Shown: positions 36,642 to 47,677 of the stretch, in pieces
How positions within the stretch are numbered: the stretch's first letter is position 1
Layout: every line of letters begins with the position of its first letter
Assembly: GCA_040285855.1 (NCBI GenBank)
Contig: JAUFOQ010000003.1
Location: 124,001-188,000, forward strand
Reading direction: 5' to 3'
Origin: Eukaryota sp. GEM-RC1
Taxonomy: Eukaryota
Length of the DNA: 64,000 nt
Notes under the pieces: model-generated
The model's input: the letters and a program-made list of their open reading frames with translations, nothing else
Databases searched by the model: none
Told to the model about the DNA's origin: nothing
Position numbers and translations under genes: made by a program

Positions 36642-37163
36642 TTCTTCCAGATCATTGGTTCTGATGATATACTCCAGTTAAGTCTCATGGTTTTAGAACG
36701 TTCTATGATCAGAAAAGGTTTGTTTTTGAACCTACCAATAGAATGGTTTTAAATAGATCGACAGGTGGTGAAACAAGTTTAAGTTCGATACATTCGATGT
36801 TCAACATTGTACTGACCTTTGGTTTGGTGGTGCTACTTCATCAGTTCCCATCAATGACATCAAGAACACCAAGGCCTACAGTGAATTTGTAAAATTAGAA
36901 AATGTAGATTTATTTCGTAGTAATAGTAGAATCATGACTAGTAACAAGAAGCCTTTAGATTCAAAATTTATATTGTTTCCATTTGCTAGTTCTATTTTTG
37001 GTAGTATTGGTGAAATGGCTTCTCAGTTTTTAACTGATTTTGGATCATGTGTAAGTCTCAGAATAGGAGATTTAACTTATCAATTAGGCATAACCTTTTG
37101 AATTTTTCTTTGTTCCGTTAGATGCCTAAACTGTTAAAATCAACTTTCACAAAGTAAAAACAA
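36642..37163 (+). mobile_element. degenerate RLE non-LTR retrotransposon 3' fragment, family C
   Basis: Translation near 36968-37050, FILFPFASSIFGSIGEMASQFLTDFG, parallels families A and B; A-rich end near 37150-37165. The 5' boundary is inferred. Confidence 0.65.
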
Positions 37164-37562
37164 ATTGGTTTTATGTTATAAATTTAATGAAATACAAACA
37201 ACTAGTACTTAAAAGATATTAAATGATCCACATCTAATCTTGAACTACCACGATACAATTTGTCCAAAATACGATTCAAATACTTTGGGAAACTTCTATA
37301 TAAGGAAAAAACAATGCGATTGCGCCAAAGAGAATGATTAAAATTTTTCCTATGGTCACGGCACAATAAAGTTGTATAAAAACTGTGGTACTGTTGACCA
37401 AGATTTTTCTGTGTCTACTGATTCATAGCTTACATTATGATATGTATTTTTGTACCCTCCATCAATAAACTGCTTTTTCTTATACTTACAAAAATACACA
37501 ATACAGTAAAATCTGGTGGGTCGACACAATTTGTGATTCGGAATCTTAGTCTCTTTTTAGCA

Positions 37563-37590
37563 GCTAAGGTGTCCGAGTTGGTTAAGGAGT
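37563..37590 (+). pseudogene. tRNA-Leu 5' half (inner pair)
   Basis: GCTAAGGTGTCCGAGTTGGTTAAGGAGT; its acceptor strand GCTAAGG pairs with CCTTGGC at 38663-38669. Confidence 0.85.
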
Positions 37591-37625
37591 ATTTGTACAA
37601 CAGCAACAAAACCGATAACCAAAAG

Positions 37626-37707
37626 TGCACAGGACGAGACTCGAACTCGCGCGGCTCTCGCCATTGGGGCTTAAATCCAACTCCTTAACCAACTCGGACA
37701 CCTGTGC
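37626..37707 (-). tRNA. trnL-TAA: tRNA-Leu(TAA), intact
   Basis: 82-nt cloverleaf GCACAGG...CCTGTGCA with D-loop GG, TTTAAGC anticodon loop, long variable arm GGCGAGAGCC, GTTCGAG T-loop and a downstream TTTT; one A-C mismatch closes the anticodon stem. Confidence 0.93.
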
Positions 37708-37738
37708 AGCTGAAATTGGCTTCTAAAACCAGACTACC

Positions 37739-38545
37739 TTTTTTTTTTACAAAGCACAGTTTATGGAATGAAAACACTAAAATAAACACAAATACTAGAA
37801 CTCAATATCATTAAAGCAACAATCATTGCCATTAAAACTCACATCAGCTTTTTCTTCATAAAAAACACCGAGAGCTAATAGAGCTTTTGAAATCATGATA
37901 GGAAATGTTTTAAATATTGTAAAAACAATACGATTCAACCAAAATTTGAAATCAAATTTCTTGTTCATTCTTTTTTTAACCACTTTCTCAAAATCGGAGA
38001 GAAAACAAAGAGCATCTCTACCAAGTCGACCATAAATTGAAATTGCAAAAGGACATAATTTGTACTCAACATGTCTAATATGTTTGAGAGCAGTCAGTGG
38101 TTCATCATATTTGTTTCTCTTGTATTGTTCTGAAGAATTCAGTGGAGAAACTTCATTTTTAGCATCCTTGAAAGCACTTTTTTTGCAAACATCCACAGTA
38201 ATCACATCAACAACGGTTAGTTCATCGTTGACTGATGGAACTATGACATCAGCTCTTCTTTTACCAAAAGTCTTATCAGAATCACTATTTTTTGAATTAT
38301 TGATTTCCAGTGACCTCAACAGTGGCTCAACGAAAGATTCGATTTTGTAGGACTTACACATGGCATGAATTTGATCTCTAACAGCATCATGAATACAAGT
38401 TCTATAAGTAATGAAACGATTACAACTCAAAAGGTGAGAAAAAGTAACTAATTTACCACATTTACATTGAAGATCATTGGGTAAATTAGAGGGCCACAAG
38501 AAACATCGAAGTCTGAATGTTGTAGTCCATTGACTACCTTCAGTT
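37739..38545 (-). mobile_element. 5'-truncated RLE non-LTR retrotransposon, family B, with poly(A) tail (ORF 37795-38499)
   Basis: Zn knuckle CKCG...HLLSC, HDAVRD, EP, RRADV..VDV, E..K..KY, PFAISIYG; A10 tail at 37739-37748. Confidence 0.9.
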
Positions 38546-38612
38546 CAGTGTTGTTGTTATGTTGTTATGTTCATAGATCATTGGACATCCATTCTTTGCG
38601 TGAGTAAGTGAT

Positions 38613-38670
38613 GAGTTGGATTTAAGCCCCAATGGCGAAAGCCGCGCGAGTTCGAGTCTCGTCCTTGGCA
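38613..38670 (+). pseudogene. tRNA-Leu(TAA) 3' portion (inner pair)
   Basis: GAGTTGGATTTAAGCCCCAATGGCGAAAGCCGCGCGAGTTCGAGTCTCGTCCTTGGCA followed by ATTTT. Confidence 0.88.
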
Positions 38671-38813
38671 ATTTTAACTTTCTTGAGAAAAATGTGTGTA
38701 CCACTGATTGGATTTCTGTCTTAATTGATTGTACCTATAAATAGTGTATTGATTACACATGCTGTCGTAGTAGTAACATATGGAAATGTGTTTATTATAT
38801 AAAATGAACCCAT

Positions 38814-38848
38814 GCTGGATTTAAGTCCCAATGGCGAGAGCGGCGCGA
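38814..38848 (+). pseudogene. tRNA-Leu anticodon/variable-arm fragment (outer pair)
   Basis: GCTGGATTTAAGTCCCAATGGCGAGAGCGGCGCGA is a diverged copy of nt about 27-61. Confidence 0.75.
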
Positions 38849-39433
38849 TTACTCTGATTATTTTAACTAGAAAATAGTGAGATAATGTTGTTATCGTTTT
38901 TTATAAAAGTTGTAACAGCAATAATTACAATATAAAGGACTGACTTCAATTTAATTTAGTGGATAAACACAACCCAATTTTTTCTTAACCATATGTTTTC
39001 CACTACCACTCCAATACACCGAATCTGGTTTTCATCGCAACGTTAATGACCAGATTCTTATCTCATATCCGTTTAGAGATGTTACTGAAGATTGACATGG
39101 ACATAAGTTGTCATCGATCTTCAAGAGAGCGTGAATGAAATCAGATAGACCAGGGGCAGAGTTTACTCGTTGAAGAGATCCTTTACGGGGGTTAGGAGAA
39201 TGTTTTTCAGTATGTATGACGGCATAAACATATTTCTGCAGTGTGACTAATTCCTATATGAGATCAGTGAAAAGGCCTACTGTACGCAAATAGTGTACAG
39301 AAAAGCACTAAATTGAAAGATATTGGACTCCAACATGAATTCTATAAACAGCGGCTGATTAAAATAAAACGGTGTTTTCCGACGTGTGTTCCAAAAATTC
39401 TGGGAAGAGAGAATGTATAATTTCAAATTTTAA

Positions 39434-40793
39434 ATGTCATCACCAATGGATTGCGTTCAATGCCCTGTCTGTTGGGAAATCTTTGATGAACCTTGTACTC
39501 TTTCTTGTGGTCATTCCTTTTGTCGTTCTAAATGCCTCGCACCCTGGTTGAGCAAGACGCCTTCATGCCCTCTATGTCGAGTCCAATTCCAGCCAACCAA
39601 GCTGGGGATCAACATCACCATTGAACAGATGTGTGCTCACTTCCGTGGCCTTACTTGTCAAGACTGTGCAGATGCCAGTGCTGTCTCAAAGTGTTTTTCG
39701 TGTCGGCGTTCTCTATGTCGATCTTGTATGAAAGTTCCCGATTCCAAGAATAACAACGCTATTGGAGAGAGAATTGTCAAGGGAAGTACACACTTTAACT
39801 TGTTTGATGCTATCTGCTTCAAATGTGCGTCATGGCAACCATCAGCTGTCCTTAATGGTATATCCGATCAATCTCTCCTCTCCACTACAACACCATCCAA
39901 AGATCTCATCAAAGCAAATGACATCACCAACCCCTTGTCAGTAGAAGCTCTTGCTCATCTTCATGCCCTGAATGTTGACATCACAGTCCTTTCAAATGCT
40001 TCTTTCTCTCAAATCATCTCTGATGCTCAACGAACCACTCTTCACCTACTTCTCTCTGCTCCTAATAGCGATACTCTTCATACAGAAGCTCGATCAACCT
40101 TCCTTATCTCTGTTCAAAATAAACTTACCCAGCTGCTTAATTCATTAACTAACACAACTAATCAAATTCAATTGGAGTTATCCAAAACTATTTCTGATGT
40201 TTCTCTTGATAATTCCCCTCATTGTTCTATTCTTTCACCAAACCAACTGCGTAAAGCTAGGATTTCCATGTCTGACCAACACATTCTATTCATTAATCGC
40301 AAGGGAGAACTCTTTGGACAAGGAGCTATTGGTAATGTTCTTTCACTTATTCCCCTTTATCTGCTTCTATTTCGGATTGCCAACACTTCTTACGATTTAA
40401 TTACGAATCTGATGAGTACCGCAACGTTCTTGGGGCATATCCACTTCTACCAGGCTTCGTGTACCACTGGAACATTTACTGGAATGGTAATGGTCAAAAG
40501 CTTGTGGAACTGGCGTCATTAACTTCAAAAACTTCTCTTCTAATGGTCGTTTACTAGAAGATTCTCACTGCCTTACCTCTTTAAACACTGCTTATGGATG
40601 CTTGTCTGGGAATCAAGCTTGTTGGTTTAATTGTCTTCCAATGACTGTTACTGTCGATATGATTAGTTATTGTATCACCATGAAGTCGGAAGATTTTGAA
40701 GTTTCTGGTTATTTACCTCAAGGAGATGAATTCTTTTATTATCCCTTCTTTTATAGTTATACTGACTCCCATGAGATGGTTGTTTGGGGTTAA
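39434..40793 (+). pseudogene. internally deleted inverted paralog of the RING-RCC1 gene at 59029-61467
   Basis: Near-identical N- and C-terminal parts joined at GGTAATG|TTCTTTCAC (40337/40338); the C-terminal domain is out of frame. Confidence 0.85.
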
Positions 40794-41029
40794 AATCAAG
40801 ATCACGATTACTTTCTTGATTTTTAAATTATTTTAATTTTCGTTAGACTTGTTGGTTTAGTTGTTTTGGTGTTTATAAATACTGGTTTTATTATAGGACA
40901 GTCAAGGTTTAAGTTCGTCTAGGGTTTCAACAGTTACTTCAATTTCTATTTACAAAATTAGTTTGTAGAAGAAGAGGACAATAATACTAGTAACATCATA
41001 TTTTAAGGTCTAGTATTTTTGCTGAATTG

Positions 41030-41430
41030 AACCTGGAATTTCCTGAATTGTCACTGACTTTTGCTTAATGTATGGTCAAAACTCTGATCTTAGTTATAAT
41101 TCTGATAATCTGGTTTCTCAATGTGGAGTCAAAAAGGCGATTCCATTGGTCCATTATTAAATTGTGTGGCTTTGCAGTCAATTTTTCGGAAGTTTCAAAT
41201 CAAGTTCTTTTCTTTGAATTTGTGTGCTTATGCTGATGATGGTTCTTCTTGATCAATTGATGATTTATTTGCCAGTTATAGTGCTTTCTAATGAGATTGG
41301 TCTTAAGTTAAATTATGACAACTGTTTTCTTATTGGTTCTTCACCATTTGTGTTCATTTTTGAAGGACATGTTATTCCATTTTCCGATTACAGTGTCGAT
41401 GCTATTAAGTTTTTGGGTACTATTATTAAG
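41030..41430 (+). mobile_element. degenerate non-LTR reverse transcriptase fragment
   Basis: YGQNSDL...SQCGVKxGD.xGPLL...CAYADD motifs across frameshifts. Confidence 0.75.
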
Positions 41431-42299
41431 TGCTCAAAGTTACGTTAACAGGTTACCTTCAAAAGGTTTCAACCACAAGAAACAGCCGAAAAGCGTAAAA
41501 TTGATTCGCATTCCAAAGATGTTGGTAAACTCAGTCAAAATTTGTATTCGAAATTTGTATTTGTTCCATTTGCTACTTCTACTAGTACTCTATTTCGTAT
41601 TTTTTAATGTTTTATATCATCACTGTTTACAGTGAGTCCATCTGATTATCCAAAATTTGGTGTAAAAGTAATTGTGTTAGTTCTGAACTCTCCCAGAAGG
41701 AAATTTTACCTTATTCTGAACACAACTTTTCAAACAAATTTCAAAACTCCCTAGTAGAGTAACGAAGATTTCCTTTTCGAGATTCCAAGATTGACATACA
41801 GAATGATTATGTATCCGAGATTTTGAGAAATCAATCTGATATTCGTACATTGCTGTGAAGTCGGTGATGATCCACGTAAACAGATTTCCTAATGGAACTA
41901 CAGGCTCAAATGTAAACGAAACTGTTTGTATTTGAGTACCTATATTTCTGTTTTCAAAAACTGTTTCTCATCACATCCCTCAGGTATCACAAGTTCTGTA
42001 ACAAGTAGCTGCCCTTTAACAGGTCCAAAACAGAAGCAGAAAATAACTAAATACGCAGTTCGTTTAGCCTTAATCGTAGTAAAAAATTTGAGAAATTATT
42101 ATACTTTATAAAAGCAAAAATTGAAGTCGTATCAGCTCGATTAAATAGTGTTCGAAGATACAATGTTTTTAGAAACCCAAATACTAGAATAATAATGTTA
42201 ACAACTCACGAGTATTTAGTTGACTAGACTAGATTCATTTGACTGGACTCAAGCAGCATTCTTGACTCAAATCACAAATCACTTACTCTGCACTTTTCA

Positions 42300-42530
42300 C
42301 TTTTTGCCTGTTTTCTCTGTTAATTCAACTAGTCCTGTTTGGAAGTACCTCTCATCTGTTGAGACAGGTTCCTCTAATGCAACTGAACCTCTATCCTCGT
42401 CTGGATCTGCCTCTCAACTGACATCATCCACAACCGTCTCAAGCAAACCAGATATTCCCTCATATACATGCGACTTTTGTACTCCACTCTTATGGCTTTT
42501 CATTTTCTAAAGGAATTGGCACCAAACGGG
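42300..42530 (+). mobile_element. possible BED-finger remnant of a DNA transposase
   Basis: SPVWKYL...YTCDFC pattern only. Confidence 0.3.
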
Positions 42531-43059
42531 ATGAAGACTTGTCCTGAAGCTCCTCCCCATGTATGTAAGGAAGTCCTCGATTATTACCTTAATTTACAAT
42601 AACTCTACTCTAATTGTAGATTATTACGGTTTATATTTGGAATTGAAATTTAGTTGTTTTAGTGTTTATAAATGCAATCAACAAAATAACCCAAAAGTGC
42701 TGTTCGTTATTTGTATATGCTGTATAGAAACATTCTAACGTATTTAATTTCTGCCATGTAATTTGCATTCTATAAGGGTAATTCCCAATTACATGTAGAC
42801 AATTTAAGTTCCGGAAAAATAACAGCGAATTGGTGACCTGATTGTCCAATTGCAGTCGGGTCCTGCAAATTGATCATCTTATTTTCAATTTAAATTATGC
42901 ATTAATAATTGATGCAAGTGAAGTACATAACCATACAAAATACATTGTATGAGGATGAACTCGTATTTCAAAGTAGAAGCGTCAAAAACTGAATTCTTCA
43001 GCAAATTAATTCAATCGTCATTTGGTTGCTATTTTTGACAAAATCTTTTTCTACAGTAA

Positions 43060-43979
43060 ATGCGACCTAGTCAGCCTGTTCGTCGTACAGCCGTCTCTGG
43101 TTCAACTAGTCTCAGCTTCCTTCCACTAGAGACTACTGAATCCTCTCTCCAGTCATTTGCCACACAACGGCAACAGAATCATAAGTTTAGGCGCTCTGTT
43201 GATCTCTCAGCTCGATCCAGCATGTCTAGCGCTTCTCTTGATTCCACTGGTAGCAACTCACCTCCATCCCAACCATTAACTCCTCTTTCACCTTCACCCA
43301 CTCGCTCTCTAGAACAATATGAAACTCATGTTGATATCCTCGAATCCTGTCCCAAATGCTCTCGTAACTTCAAAAGCGACAGAATATCTAAACACATCTC
43401 TGTCTGTCAAGGAACCAAACCTTCTTCTAAACAGAAACCTTCCCCGTCTTCTTCTCAGTCCTCTAACCCCAAACCCAAGAAATGGGAGCTCCGAAGCCAA
43501 CAACTTAGAAATATGATTAGAGCTAACAAGGGACTTCCCCCTGACCCTAATGCTGTTCCAGTGCCGGAAACTGAGCTGACCACGTGTCCTCATTGTACTA
43601 GGAAGTTTTCTGAAGCAGCGGCTGATCGACATATAGCTATTTGTAAGAATGTGATTTCTAAACCAAAACCACCTTCCAAAAACGTTTCACGATTGTCTGA
43701 TGATCCCTATTTTGCAGCAAGAAGCTCATTATGTCTTAAATCACCAGTTAAACCAGTTGATAAACCAATTGAAAGAAGAACCATCCGTGGACCGACACGT
43801 TCTGCACCCGTCACCAGTCCTGCAGTTTCCAAAGAATTTAAAAATTTAAATGTGAGTTCTTTGGGTAAAACTAGTAGGGGAAAGGAAGCCTCTTTTGTTC
43901 TGAATGTGGAGAAAAGTTCAACATTCACGGTGCAAAGTTTTGTCCTTTCTGTGGAACTCGAAGATATGTAATTGTTTAA
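43060..43979 (+). CDS. ZC2HC1-like zinc finger protein (frameshift near 43878)
   Basis: Two CxxC..F......H...C fingers; the alternative frame after the GGGG run gives FCSECGEKF...AKFCPFCGTRR*, the typical C-terminal zinc ribbon. Confidence 0.8.
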
Positions 43980-44071
43980 TTGAGAATTCATTGTTCTTTT
44001 AATTTTATTGCCAGCTTTTGATTAGCTTGCATTTTTTGTTCGTTTATTGTATATTAATTCAAGAGTAGTGT

Positions 44072-45787
44072 CTAACAAATTTTATTTAGGCCTCGTAGTA
44101 GTTCTTTCCAAGTTAAATCTTCACTGAATTCGTTTTCTGAAGAAAGTTCTATTATCCTTTGATTGTGATTAAGTTGATCCTTACTTTGATCTTTGATTGG
44201 GATTGGAGTCGTTTGATGGTCTAGTTTTTCAAATATGCTTGTTCCGAACATATTCAAACATTTTTGGGCGAAGGTTTTTAAAATTTTAAAATCGTTGTCG
44301 AAGTCATCAAATTGAACCGTTTGTCCGAAGTTTTTGATGACTTTAAATTATTCATATTATTTGAAATAGTTGTAATGTCGGTTTGGCATGGAGTAGAATA
44401 AACCTCATTTTTGTGGCTTTTGATTGGTTTTTCTTCTTTTCCAAGGGTAACTGTGTAACTTTAGTTTCAGAAATAGAAGTGCTGGAATTAAAATCACTAA
44501 AAAGGGAAGGTTTGTTTGATTCGATTGAAGTGGATGATTGAAGTAGTAGTCGCCATGAAACAAAAAATCTGGATTGTAGATTGAAATAGTTTTTCCTTAA
44601 CATTGAAAGTCGAAATATTTCCACTGTCATTGCAGAACCTTCATTCTGATCACTTTTGATTGAAGACTTGGAGTTGTTAACTGACTCCTGATTGATTGAT
44701 GATTTAGAAGATTCAATTGGTTCTTGGTTAACTGACGACTTGCTGTTTACAATTGACTGTGGATTAATGGTTGATTTAGAAGATTCAATTGGTTCTTGGT
44801 GAACTGACAACCTGCTGTTTACAATTAACTGTGGATTAATTGATGATTTAGAAGAGTCCATTGGTTCTTGATTGATTACTGATTGTTTTAAAATAGTACA
44901 TTTCCAACAACTAAAACTATTGACCAAAGAATGTCGAGATCTCTTTGACCGAAAGTTCTTCGATTTCGATAGAAATAAGTTCATTTTAAGAAATTTAAAA
45001 TATTTAGAAAGATGAGGAGGATCAGACCAAGACCGTTCTCTAGGTTCAAAAACACAAGAGTTTTTCCAGAAGGCAAAGTTCTTTCGTAATTTTTGTTGAA
45101 AATTACTCCTAAAGAAAAACAGTTAAATTTTGCATCAATAAGAAACGATCCAATACGCGCGTATTCTTTTGAATTCTCTTGAATGACGTTTCATGATTCG
45201 GGAGCATTTTAATATTTTCAGAAATTTGAAATAACATTTGCTTGTTCAACTGAATGTTGTGTTTCCACTTTTTAAACACCGATACACAAATACAAATATA
45301 ATTAAATTTTAAACTATTATCAGACTGTTGAACGTGTAACACTTGTTTCGAAGAAGTAGCTGTTTTCCATTGATTGAAAAGCTCAGAAAGATCACGTTCA
45401 CAATCTTCTTCTGTCTCAGAATTAACGTGTTCAATAGAATTTGAGTCAGGGTAAACTTCTTCTGGAAGATCAGGCTGTTCATTAGAAGAATACAGCAGAG
45501 AGAGTAGAGAATCCAAGGAGTGATTCACCTTAGAAGGAATTGACAAGAAGAAGAGGATCAACTTTGTTTGTACAAGACCAGCGACTTAGACGTTGGAACT
45601 TTCGAGATAGTCTGGTTATGCCGTGGTGAACAGGAGTAGACGATCTTGGAGTATCCAATATAGGTTCTGGGATAGTAGAAGATTGGTAAGGAGTTCTTGG
45701 AGAAAGATAACGGCTGTTGACAGTTCTATACCTAGCTGAAGACCGAACAGTTAAGGGAGTGGTTCTTAGTGGAGGTTGGGGTGGCAT
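44072..45787 (-). CDS. hypothetical protein with F..W repeats (weakly Sfi1-like), fragmented by frameshifts
   Basis: Consecutive minus-strand ORFs from ATG 45787; recurring LFNQWK / VFKKWK / FAFWK / FFVSWR motifs. Confidence 0.5.
44655..44885. repeat. coding tandem repeat, 72-bp unit, about 3 copies
   Basis: GATTTAGAAGA recurs at 44701, 44773 and 44845. Confidence 0.85.
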
Positions 45788-47677
45788 GTGTGGTAGTTTT
45801 TGTTTATAATATAGCTTTCATTTCTAAACAGATGTCAAAAGCTGTATTTTCACAACTGAAAAGCTTGATCGATTCCATCAATATTATAAGCACTTCACTT
45901 TGATAGTTACAAGAAGTTAACAAATAATCGTGAAATTACAATGACACACTTAAAAAAACTATTAACTGAGGAAACACAAATAGGTCCTCATTACCTCGTA
46001 TTCATGTCTAGTACTTAGCGACGGCTTAGACTTGTATCAATTTTCCTGAACGTTGTTGTAGAACATCACAACATTCATCTCAAAAAAGTATATCGAGAAA
46101 TCTTTTACATTGGAAAATAGCTCTGAGTCTAACCTAAACTTCTCGTAAAATTACCATGTACAGTATGTTAAATACTTTGTTCCAACAAAATACTACAGTA
46201 TGATATTTCATAGTATAATACATCAAAATGAAAGTGAAATAGAAAATTCATATTTGCGGTTACAGTCCCTGTGGTTACAACCATACTTGTGGATCACAAT
46301 CACACGTGATCACACTGCCCTTTTATTAAAGCAGTGTGATCCACAAGTAGGGTTACAACCCTGGAGTCCACGCCACAATGATACACTGGAATGGATGGCA
46401 GAAGGTAAAAGGTGTTTATTTTTGGGATAATTTGACTACATAACTAACTATACTAATACCTTTGGCTAACAACAACCTCAAAGTCCAAATTGACTATTTG
46501 AAAATGTTCAATTAGTATGTTCTCATAGTGCCTTAGAGATTTTCATTTCAAGTGATAATAAAGCGTCAGAAAACAAAACCCATCGTACCTTTAAAAACTG
46601 AGAACAAAATTCTGTTTTTCCAAAATTAGAGATGTAATATGTTTAGAGTATTATAACGCATGGACCTCCCCCCCCCCATTTTTATCTCTATAAATTTGTT
46701 TCTTTATCATCTTCACAAACAATAGAACAAAACAATTGTAAATACAGTACTTCAAATGGCGGATTGGAACAACAATTTATTCCACAATTGTGTATTCCTT
46801 TACTTGTCTATTACTGGTTTAAACTGAACCGACCCTTTCCTTCGTGTTTTTGTTCGAGTTGTTGCATTCCATTAATTTATATTGATCATATTAGACGAAA
46901 CAGTATTTCTTTCGTTCACTGTGTTTGTTCAGGAAGAGTCTATGGATTAGATGAGTAGACAAATCATTCAACAATGCATCTCAAAATTTTTTTTCATGAT
47001 TTTGATTTTCAATGACTCTTCACTTCTCTGCAAAAATGAAAGTAAATCACATCTTTGTCAGTTCAGTTTGACATTGTGTTATGTAGTTTAGAAAACTATT
47101 GAGACTCACGATCTGGCTTAAACCAGGTTAAAACAAATTCCAATTTGATTTTGTTTTTTATATTCATGCAATAAGCACCAAAATTCTAGTCAAAAGAAAA
47201 CCAATGAATAATGTTTATATTTATAAAATATTCTGTGAAACATGTTTGCCTTCCACGATTGAGAGCCACTCTATTGGCTCAGTTTCTTCTCAACAAAAAA
47301 GAGAAATTTGTATTAATTGTTTTTCATTACAAACAATACTATGTTCAATAGCCAGTATCTATAGTATCCTGATCATACATAAGTTGACGGTGTATTCCTA
47401 ATATTAACCTATTGGTGAACCTGTTTGTTATAGTGAACACTTAGAGTAACAATGATGGACAGGAAACGTAGATGGACACAATCAAAAGCGGCTTTTTGAC
47501 ATGATCTCGGTAGAGGTGTAACTGGAGCGTAGAACAAAACTAATGTTATAGAACAATTGATTACAGTGGCAACAATGGGGAAAGAGTCGCTACAACAAGT
47601 CTTGAGAATTCCGATGACTGCAACTCAGCACCTCTTCCAAAATATGAGCTCTCAAAATTGTGCACTCCTGATCGTGT

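Noticed and set aside
37563..38670. A tRNA with a 1-kb intron, or a trans-spliced tRNA
   Set aside because: The break is not at 37/38, no bulge-helix-bulge or complementary leaders were seen, and the insert contains retroelement sequence with a 4-bp duplication.
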